This document shows positions 21,990 through 29,242 of a DNA stretch of 32,000 nucleotides, piece by piece. Positions within the stretch are counted from its first letter, which is position 1. Every line of letters starts with the position of its first letter. Location: contig NC_010628.1 in assembly GCF_000020025.1 (NCBI RefSeq), forward strand, positions 2,190,001 through 2,222,000, given 5' to 3'. The DNA comes from Nostoc punctiforme PCC 73102. Its GTDB lineage: Bacteria > Cyanobacteriota > Cyanobacteriia > Cyanobacteriales > Nostocaceae. The notes under the pieces were generated by a model, which was given only the letters and a program-made list of their open reading frames with translations, did not search any database and was not told where the DNA came from. The position numbers were made by a program, and so were the translations under genes.

Positions 21990-24900
21990 CTACATTTTTG
22001 GATCATTTATTTTTTGGGTAGTCCCTAATGCAATAATTTCTTCAAAGCAGAAGCAGTCTACGAGATTGGTTAGTGCCACGATCAGATGAGCGTGCTGCTC
22101 AGGAATTTGTTTAATCAGCATAAGAATTTCTTTAGCATTTATTCGGAGCGCTGCCTGATGCAGTTGCTCAATCCAGTCGCTAGGCATGACGCTTAAATCT
22201 GCAACCGTTAATTTAGGTGTGATGAATGAAGCGTTAGAAGGCCAAGATGCTTTTTCCTGCTTTTCTCGTTCATCAGCATATACATAACGAACACCCAAAT
22301 ATTCAGCCATCTTTTCAAAAATTATGGTCGTCCGAAATGGCTTACGCACAAAGTCATCAAAACCTACGGACAGTGCTGTTAAGCGGTCTTCCTCAAATGC
22401 GCTTCCGGTCAATGCAATGATAACTGGGGTTTGAGCGCCTGCTGCTTTAATATGTTTGGTTGCCTCAAATCCGTTCATAATTGGCATCCGTAGATCCATC
22501 CAAATGAGGTGAGGCGACCAATTTTGCCAAAGTTCGATCGCAGCTTGACCATTTACCGCTTCCCGTACCTCAAAGCCAACGGGTGTTAACAACTCAACTA
22601 GAAGCTGCCGATTTTCTAGTTTATCCTCAACAATCAGAATGCGATAGCTGGGTTGTCCCTTTTCTAAACCGATAACTTGCCGACTTGGTGCAGGCGTTGG
22701 CAAGGTATCCATAATTACTGCACGAGTTCGGATATCAAAGGTAAAAATTGAGCCTTTTCCTAGCGTGCTATTCACCCTGATATCTCCGCCCATGAGTTGC
22801 ACAAATCGCTGGCTGATGGGTAATCCAAGTCCAGTACCTTCCTGAGCTTTTTGTCCCGCCTCTGTTTGGACAAATGGCTCAAATAGACGATTGAAGTCAG
22901 AATCAGCAATGCCGCAACCCGTATCTTCGACGCTGAAGTTCAGGGTGATGGGTTCATCTGGTGTGATGTTTTGGTTAGGAGTTTCTACCCGCAAGGTTAC
23001 TTGACCGATGCGCGTAAACTTAATTGCGTTTCCTAATAGATTAACTAGAACTTGGCGTAATTTACTCTCATCGGCACAGATGTATTGGGGGATGGTTGGC
23101 GATCGCTCCAAAATGAGTTGTAATCCTCTCGACTGGGCTTTCAATGCAAACATCTGTTGCAGACGATCCAAAAGCCCGTAGAGGTCAAAATTTGTTTCGC
23201 TGAGGATAACTCGACCTGCTTCAATTTTGGACATTTCCAATACATCATTGATTAAGGTCAGTAAGTCTTCGCCACTGCGGTTGATCGTGTCAAGATATTC
23301 TTGTTGCTGTGAGTTGAGCGATCGATTTCGCAGCAGCAGTTGGGTAAAGCCAAGGATGATGTTAAGAGGAGTCCGCAGTTCATGGCTCATATTAGAGAGG
23401 AACTGGCTTTTGGCGAGGTTGGCAGCATCTGCGGTTTCTTTGGCTTGCTTGAGCGCGGCTTCGGTTTTTTTCAGCTTGGTGATATCACGAGCCACCCAAA
23501 GAACTGTATTGTCAGATAATGGCGAAACACTAGCTAAAAACCAAGTTTCTCGATTCTTGTTTGATAAGTGGTATTCAACAAAAACATTTTTGCGACTTCC
23601 ATCCGGGTTTCTGGGTTCTTCTCTCAGATGCAACGCTTGCTGAATGGCATCGAGTATTAAATTGGCGATTTCTTTTGGTAAAACCTCATCAACTTTTTTG
23701 CCAATGCGATCCATATCAGGCTTATAAGCGAAGGATTGTGTTAGCACATACTTTGTTTGCACATACTTTTGGTAACGTCCCTCTGCATCAAAAACCACTA
23801 CCATATCAGTCATAGCAGCGAACATTAACCGGAGTTCTGCTTCGGATGTTTTTAGTGCTTCTTCTACTTGTCGGCGACCCCTTTGGGCAGCTTCGCTAAC
23901 GCGAATTTCCCTCTGAAGTTGGGCATTTTTCTCACCGAGTTCTGTGGTGCGTTGCGTGACTCGGCTTTCTAATTCCTCGTTGGTTCGTGCTAGGGCTAAA
24001 AAGGATTCACGCAACTGATGGGCCATAAGGTTAAAAGACTCCGCCAAAGAGTTTAGCTCGGTTGTACTGTTCACAGAAACCTTTTGGTCTAAGTTTCCGG
24101 CGGCGATCGCTTTGGCTGTACTTCCCAGTCGGAGAATTGGCTGTGTAATCCAGTGAGCGGTAAGAATGCCCAATCCAGTTGCAAGTGCAAAGGCACATAG
24201 ACAAAGTAAAATTGTGGAACGGGTATTCGCATTAATTTGATCCATGAAATCCCGTTCTGGGACAACTACGACGATTAGCCAGTCTAATCCCTGCTGCTTC
24301 ATCGGTACAATTTGTAAAAATTGCCGTTGACCCTCAATGTCAAAATCTAGTTGTTGTTTTTCGGTAATCTGGGTTAAGTCTACAAAGTGTTGCTGCAAAA
24401 AATCAGCAGTGCGCCGCGTCAAAATATCACTACTGGCGATCGCCTGAACTCGAACCGGATTCTGATCTATGATTGGGGCTGTCGAATTTGCAATTATGTA
24501 GGGTTGTTGAGTGGCAGAACTCCCAACCAGTAATCCTGTCTGGCGTTCTAGGATGAAAGTTTCACCCGTTCGCCCGATTTTGAGAGTCCGCAGATATTGA
24601 CTAATCCCAGTCAGTGAAAAATCGACAGCAGCAACGCCGAGCAGATTGCCACCATCATCATAGATCGGCAAGCTGGCATTTAGCACATATTTGGGTGTGG
24701 TAAACAGTTTATAAATTCCACCCCAGCTAGCTGTCTTAGACTTAACTGCCGATTGATACCACGGACGAGTTCGCGGATCGTAATTAGGTTTGGATCTTAA
24801 AAGTTGAGTGTAATGTCCTGGTTGGTCTGCGGCGTAAATCCGAATTTCATTCCCAGTGGACTTACCTGAAAGTTTCACCTCAAACTGACCATCATCCGCC

Positions 24901-25286
24901 CTTTGAACCGCAACGTGTTCACCATATTCTGACCCAACGTAAACTGCTGTTACTGTGTCAAACGTTTTCAGTTGATACCAAAGGTGTTGCTCTAATGTTG
25001 ATAATTTTTGAATATTAAGTTCACCCAGCTTAATGGCATTAGCATTTAGTTGATTGATTTTATGAGGCGTTTCAACATATACCTTTAGGTACTGCTGAAT
25101 TCGAGCTGTGATTTCATTTCGGAGTTGGATTGCAACTTCATTGACTGCTCGTTGCCCATTGTGTATTGATAGCCACCCAGTTAGCCCTACGGCTAGAGAA
25201 ATTTGCAGTACAAACGGCACTACAAGAATGTGGCGCAACTGCACATTTTTAGTCAGCTTTGAAAGTTGAAGGGTGAAAGAAGGCAT
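21990..25286 (-). CDS. Hybrid sensor histidine kinase/response regulator (TM - Cache-like periplasmic domain - TM - HAMP - coiled coil - PAS - HisKA - HATPase_c - REC - helical tail)
   Basis: Motifs are the Cache-type YDPRTRPWYQ, the HAMP segment (PILRLGSTAKAIAAGNLDQKV), the H-box (FLSNMSHELRTPLN), the N-box (LLGNAIKFT), G-boxes (DTGCGI, GTGLGLPIS), and REC (ILIVEDK, IWMDLRMPIMNG, VRKPF). ATG 25286 is preceded by AGGAA. The ORF-track TTG is at 25313. Confidence 0.9.
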   Translation of the reverse strand: MPSFTLQLSKLTKNVQLRHILVVPFVLQISLAVGLTGWLSIHNGQRAVNEVAIQLRNEITARIQQYLKVYVETPHKINQLNANAIKLGELNIQKLSTLEQHLWYQLKTFDTVTAVYVGSEYGEHVAVQRADDGQFEVKLSGKSTGNEIRIYAADQPGHYTQLLRSKPNYDPRTRPWYQSAVKSKTASWGGIYKLFTTPKYVLNASLPIYDDGGNLLGVAAVDFSLTGISQYLRTLKIGRTGETFILERQTGLLVGSSATQQPYIIANSTAPIIDQNPVRVQAIASSDILTRRTADFLQQHFVDLTQITEKQQLDFDIEGQRQFLQIVPMKQQGLDWLIVVVVPERDFMDQINANTRSTILLCLCAFALATGLGILTAHWITQPILRLGSTAKAIAAGNLDQKVSVNSTTELNSLAESFNLMAHQLRESFLALARTNEELESRVTQRTTELGEKNAQLQREIRVSEAAQRGRRQVEEALKTSEAELRLMFAAMTDMVVVFDAEGRYQKYVQTKYVLTQSFAYKPDMDRIGKKVDEVLPKEIANLILDAIQQALHLREEPRNPDGSRKNVFVEYHLSNKNRETWFLASVSPLSDNTVLWVARDITKLKKTEAALKQAKETADAANLAKSQFLSNMSHELRTPLNIILGFTQLLLRNRSLNSQQQEYLDTINRSGEDLLTLINDVLEMSKIEAGRVILSETNFDLYGLLDRLQQMFALKAQSRGLQLILERSPTIPQYICADESKLRQVLVNLLGNAIKFTRIGQVTLRVETPNQNITPDEPITLNFSVEDTGCGIADSDFNRLFEPFVQTEAGQKAQEGTGLGLPISQRFVQLMGGDIRVNSTLGKGSIFTFDIRTRAVIMDTLPTPAPSRQVIGLEKGQPSYRILIVEDKLENRQLLVELLTPVGFEVREAVNGQAAIELWQNWSPHLIWMDLRMPIMNGFEATKHIKAAGAQTPVIIALTGSAFEEDRLTALSVGFDDFVRKPFRTTIIFEKMAEYLGVRYVYADEREKQEKASWPSNASFITPKLTVADLSVMPSDWIEQLHQAALRINAKEILMLIKQIPEQHAHLIVALTNLVDCFCFEEIIALGTTQKINDPKM

Positions 25287-25540
25287 ATCCGAATTCCTGA
25301 AATTAAACAGCAATGTTGGGGTAATAATATTTACACAGAAACCTCTTAATTTTGATGAATTCTATTTGGCATAATTATAGAAGATTAACTCTCTCAGATG
25401 ATATTACCCTCTTGGGTAATATTGAAAACTAATACATCACCCTATTATGTGAGAGTTTGAATTTATCGAAACAGAATACATGCGTCAGTCGCCAGAATAC
25501 AGGAAAGGTATTTTGTGCGACACAACGATCGACGGTAGTT

Positions 25541-25815
25541 GAGCGTAGCCGAAACTCAGTGCATCACTGGTGGATGAATCCAGGGCTTTAAGACCCCCAC
25601 TAAATCTGCATATTTAGTGGTGCAACAATTCAGTGGCAGTTCTAAATCCCCCACTGATAGCGAGTCTTCTCCCAAGGGGAGACGCTAAGAGCGAGCGTCT
25701 TCATTCTGACTCCTGAATTCTGACTTCTGAATTCTTCTTCAACTTTTTAAAAGTTCAAAATCTCCTAAGTCCTTCTCCTTTAGGAAACGCTACACGTAGC
25801 TTGCTTGTACCGAGC
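25541..25815. repeat. Cluster of small dispersed repeat or hairpin modules in the divergent kinase spacer
   Basis: There is a perfect 9-bp stem (CCACTAAAT/ATTTAGTGG, 25597-25620) and a second stem (CAGTGG...CCACTG, 25631-25656). GC hairpins TCTCCCAAGGGGAGA and GACGCTAAGAGCGAGCGTC follow. ACGTAGCTTGCTT (about 25794-25806) is the reverse complement of AAGCAAGCTACGT at about 8946-8958. Confidence 0.5.
25704..25740. repeat. Heptamer-based tandem repeat (TTCTGAC/TCCTGAA/TTCTGAC/TTCTGAA/TTCTTCT)
   Basis: Direct reading shows two near-identical 14-mers, TTCTGACTCCTGAA (25704-25717) and TTCTGACTTCTGAA (25718-25731). A decayed unit follows. Confidence 0.8.
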
Positions 25816-26171
25816 TAACTCTGGCACACTGCCTAGCTACTCAATCTTGAAAAATCAAGCTAAAAAACGGCTAACAATAAGTTTCTAACTTGATTTAAAT
25901 TGTAAAAAAATTATTTAAAATAATTAAAAGGAAAAATTTTTACGTACTCAATTTACTTTTAATTACTGCCAATAAAAAGGACTTAAGTAGCTAAACGGAT
26001 ATCAAACAATATTATAAATAAATGTAAATTTATCAGTGCCTTGGAAATTACAAGTATCATCAATAGATTTGTTACATGAATGGAATTTATTATCACTTCT
26101 AATCCATAATCTATTTACATTACGTTACCAGTAGCTTGATAATTAACGACTCTCTTAGCCCTTTGAGAAGT

Positions 26172-27287
26172 ATGGAATTAAGCCAATCATCCAAGGGAGA
26201 TATTCTCATAGTTGATGACACTCTGGATAATCTTCGCCTTTTATCAGCAATGCTTACCGAGCAAGGATACGAAGTGAGGAGTGTTACCAATGGTTCTATG
26301 GCGTTAATTGGTATACAAGCTCAACCTCCAGATTTGATTCTGCTCGATATTACCATGCCCGGGATGAACGGCTATGAAGTATGTCAGCGACTCAAATCTA
26401 ATCCTCAAACACAAGAGATTCCTGTCATTTTTATTAGTGCTTTGAATGAGGTATTTGATAAAGTGAAAGCCTTTTCGGTTGGAGGCGTTGATTTTATTAA
26501 CAAACCTTTTCAGATTGAAGAGGTGGTTGCCCGGATGGAGCATCAACTCAAACTTTGTCGCTTACAAATGCAACTCCAGGAGCAAAATCGCCGCTTGCAG
26601 GAGACAGAAGCAGAATTAAGGCGATCGCTCGATCATCAAAAAGCGCTGAATCAGCGCATCGAGGAAATGGTGGCGCTAGAAGAACGCAATCGCATTGCGC
26701 GTGACATCCACGACTCTCTAGGACATTCTCTCGTAGCGCTAAATGTGCAAATGGAAACAGCATTAACCCTTTGGGAAACCGATCTTAATCGGGCGCGATC
26801 GTTTTTATTAGCAGCGAAAAAATTGGGTTCTGAAGCCCTGCAAGAGGTGCGGGAATCAGTTTCGGCAATTCGCTCCGATCCACTCCACGGACAATTACTC
26901 GAAAATGCGATCGCTAACCTTGCAGAGGAATTCTATCACCTCACCGATGTCTTACCATACTGCAAAATTGATTTATCACAACCGCTTTCCGATTCAGTAA
27001 ATCATGTTGTGTATCGCATTATCCAAGAAGGGCTAACCAATATTTATAAACACGCCAATGCCACAGCTGTTCAAATTAGAATTCAAACAACGGCGGCGGG
27101 GCTATCGTTGATACTCCAAGATAACGGTAAAGGCTTTGAATGCGATCAATCCGTTGCCGGATACGGACTCCAGGGAATGCGAGAACGAATGGCTACAGTA
27201 AATGCCCAGCTAGAAATTGTCAGTAAACCGGGCGCTGGTTGTCGGATTGTTGCTAACTTTCCCAGAGATGAGGGAGGAGGGGAATAA
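26172..27287 (+). CDS. Response-regulator-fused histidine kinase (REC - coiled coil - HisKA_3 - HATPase_c)
   Basis: The N-terminal REC has ILIVDDT, LILLDITMPGMNG and FINKPF. A Q/E/L-rich coiled coil follows, then the NarX/DegS-type H-box (ERNRIARDIHDSLGH), the N-box (EGLTNIYKHA) and G-boxes (DNGKGF, GYGLQGMRER). There is no TM segment or other sensory domain. The ATG is at 26172. The ORF-track start at 26136 is TTG. Confidence 0.85.
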   Translation: MELSQSSKGDILIVDDTLDNLRLLSAMLTEQGYEVRSVTNGSMALIGIQAQPPDLILLDITMPGMNGYEVCQRLKSNPQTQEIPVIFISALNEVFDKVKAFSVGGVDFINKPFQIEEVVARMEHQLKLCRLQMQLQEQNRRLQETEAELRRSLDHQKALNQRIEEMVALEERNRIARDIHDSLGHSLVALNVQMETALTLWETDLNRARSFLLAAKKLGSEALQEVRESVSAIRSDPLHGQLLENAIANLAEEFYHLTDVLPYCKIDLSQPLSDSVNHVVYRIIQEGLTNIYKHANATAVQIRIQTTAAGLSLILQDNGKGFECDQSVAGYGLQGMRERMATVNAQLEIVSKPGAGCRIVANFPRDEGGGE

Positions 27288-27324
27288 GGGGCCAGGGGGC
27301 AGGGGAGGCAGGGGAGACAGGGGG
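27288..27324 (+). repeat. G-tract array (five runs of G4-G5, loops of 2-5 nt) immediately after the kinase stop codon
   Basis: The sequence is GGGGCCAGGGGGCAGGGGAGGCAGGGGAGACAGGGGG, beginning right after TAA 27285-27287. It satisfies the canonical G-quadruplex pattern on the coding (mRNA-sense) strand. It also looks like a decayed heptamer repeat. Confidence 0.85.
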
Positions 27325-27534
27325 AGAAGAATTAATAAGGGACTTGCGTGAAAATAAAGTACCAGTAAACCGAGTTTCGACTGGTTGGTACACTATTAAC
27401 CCGCAGATCCTTAACCAGTCCCAATGCCCAATTGTTAAATGTTGTAACCTTTCTCCAAGGGTTTCAGTTAATCCTTCATGAATTTTTGGAGATATCTATT
27501 GATCGTTCATCAAAACTAGAAAGAGATAATTACC

Positions 27535-28233
27535 ATGAAAAATGATAAATCCTCTCCTATTCGCCTGTTAATCGTTGACGATCAGAGCCTCATTCGTCAG
27601 GGACTGAAAGCAATGCTAGAACAGGAACCTGATTTGGAAGTGGTCGGTGATGCTGAGAATGGTAAAGTTGCTCTAGAGCTTGTTGCAGAACTTCAGCCCG
27701 ATGTGGTGCTAATGGATATTCGGATGCCAGAAATGGATGGGCGAACTGCAACAAAACTGATTATGCAAAGCTTTCCTAATATCAAAGTTCTCGTCTTGAG
27801 TACATTTGATGATGATTCTTATCTAACAGGGGCAATGCGTGCAGGTGCAAAAGGATATTTGCTTAAAGATATGCCTTCAAGTGAGCTAGCAGATGCAATT
27901 CGCTTTGGGCATTCTGGCTATACTCAATTTGGGCCGGGGTTATTTGATAAATTATTAGTTACAGAAGCAGCTTCAGCTTCAGCTAACCAAAATTCCGCTT
28001 CATCAAAGCCATCGGAAATTACCGCACGAGAACAAGAGGTTTTATGTTTGATTGGTGTTGGTGCAACGAACCGCGAAATTGCCCAACAACTTTATATTAC
28101 CGAAGGAACGGTAAAAACTCATGTGACGAGTATTTTAAGCCGCCTCAATCTCAAAAATCGATCGCAACTGGCAATCTATGCAAATTCTGTTCTCAATCAA
28201 GAAAAAAAACTAGCCGGGAAGCTACCCGAATAA
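27535..28233 (+). CDS. NarL/FixJ (LuxR-type HTH) family response regulator
   Basis: REC motifs are LLIVDDQ, VVLMDIRMPEMDG, LVLSTFDD and YLLKD. A linker precedes the LuxR-type HTH (LTAREQEVLCLIGVGATNREIAQQLYITEGTVKTHVTSILSRL). Confidence 0.9.
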   Translation: MKNDKSSPIRLLIVDDQSLIRQGLKAMLEQEPDLEVVGDAENGKVALELVAELQPDVVLMDIRMPEMDGRTATKLIMQSFPNIKVLVLSTFDDDSYLTGAMRAGAKGYLLKDMPSSELADAIRFGHSGYTQFGPGLFDKLLVTEAASASANQNSASSKPSEITAREQEVLCLIGVGATNREIAQQLYITEGTVKTHVTSILSRLNLKNRSQLAIYANSVLNQEKKLAGKLPE

Positions 28234-28326
28234 ACCAGAGGGCGATAAAACAATTCTAGGACTAGCTCTTTCAAAGTGGGTAAAAATTTTGGTCAAAAAA
28301 TTCCTCTTCAATCTCTTGACTCTGTG

Positions 28327-28524
28327 TTCTCTGCGCGGCAGTCGCTCATGGGGGAAACCCCCTTCTCTACGAGACGCTCCACGAAGGCGTTAGCCTCTCC
28401 CTTTGGGAGAAGACCGCGCTGCCTTGTCTCTGTGGTTAAATAAATTATTTTTAAACCGCAGAGGCACAGAGAAGCCAGTACGTTGGGCGGGTTCCCCGAG
28501 TAGCAACTGGCGTAGCGCAGAGAG
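28327..28524. mobile_element. Imperfect palindromic MITE-like or small dispersed repeat element with an apparent nested insertion
   Basis: The outer arms are TTCTCTGCGC (28327-) and GCGCAGAGAGAA (-28524). The inner arms are CTCTGTGGTT (28428-28437) and AACCGCAGAG (28454-28463), around an AT loop. The arm segments GGCAGTCGCTCATGGGGGAAACCCCC and GGGCGGGTTCCCCGAGTAGCAACTGGC are related as reverse complements. The left arm is about 60 nt longer and carries extra GAGACGCT / TCTCCCTTTGGGAGA modules like those at 25660-25700. Confidence 0.5.
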
Positions 28525-28619
28525 AAAAAAGAGATTTTACGAGTCACCTTGAAAAGGCTAGTCTGAAATTCTTATATAAAATATCTCAACAAGGAGATTT
28601 TTATCTTGTTTGTTAATAT

Positions 28620-29216
28620 TTATTGCTTAATCTTATAAAATAGGTAATCAGCCGTGTAATTTACGCTAGTTTCTCGATTTTCGGATGATTTATCACACCC
28701 TTGAACAGGAGCTTTTCCACCAACTGTATTGATCCGTTGAACCCAATTTACTTGGTGGAAGAGACCATTTCCCTCATGAGATTGCGCTTCTAATAATAGC
28801 CAGGGAATGGCATCGTCTTCTGGTGCATTTACCTTAGATTTCAATTTCCCTAAAACTTTGCTACCGTCTTTGGCTTCCCAGGTGGGGCCTGCATAATGCT
28901 TGCCCAAATCTTGCCCTTGCTCATCTAGTAACACGGCATCGGGAGCCTTAAGCGTCCATTCATATTGCTCAGGAGATTCTGATTTCGGTTTGCAGATATA
29001 GATTTGTGAACCCTTGGCAGATGCTTTTAAAAGAAGTTGCTCACCATTTGGGACTTTTATAGTAGCAGGGATCGCAGCTACATCCGCTATGCGTTGGGCA
29101 GGCTCCATAGTTCCTGCGATCGCAGTTTTTACAGAAACGCCCCACCCATTCAGCATCAGCAGCGAAACAACGAGGCTGCAATTTAGCTGAATAATTTTAC
29201 AAAAAGTAGGTGACAT
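28620..29216 (-). CDS. Secreted DUF3455-family protein
   Basis: ATG 29216 is preceded by a strong SD (GAAGGAGATAAC at 29221-29232). It has a signal peptide (LVVSLLMLNGWGVSVKTAIA). DUF3455-type motifs are GSQIYICK, YEWTLKAPDAVL, HYAGPTWEAKDGSKV, IPWLLLEA, VQRINTVGGKAP and YTADYLFY. It starts 26 nt after the ABC gene stop. Confidence 0.75.
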   Translation of the reverse strand: MSPTFCKIIQLNCSLVVSLLMLNGWGVSVKTAIAGTMEPAQRIADVAAIPATIKVPNGEQLLLKASAKGSQIYICKPKSESPEQYEWTLKAPDAVLLDEQGQDLGKHYAGPTWEAKDGSKVLGKLKSKVNAPEDDAIPWLLLEAQSHEGNGLFHQVNWVQRINTVGGKAPVQGCDKSSENRETSVNYTADYLFYKIKQ

Positions 29217-29242
29217 AGTAGTTATCTCCTTCACTTGTGATT

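Noticed and set aside
23227-23815. Antisense ORFs of 138 aa and 84 aa lie inside the hybrid kinase gene. Similar shadow ORFs lie inside ctaD (9465-10371), GH15 (18607-19693), GDE/CDF (15123-16729) and the ABC gene (29439-31254).
   Set aside because: All lie within strongly supported genes on the opposite strand or in an alternate frame. They have biased Ser/Arg/Leu-rich composition typical of shadow ORFs and contain no motifs.
28308-28547. A 79-aa minus-strand ORF lies between the NarL regulator and the DUF3455 gene. I considered it as a bacteriocin precursor because of the neighbouring exporter.
   Set aside because: It coincides with the palindromic GC-rich repeat element, and its sequence is repeat-derived low-information text. 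It has no GG-type leader or NHLP/Nif11-like N-terminus.
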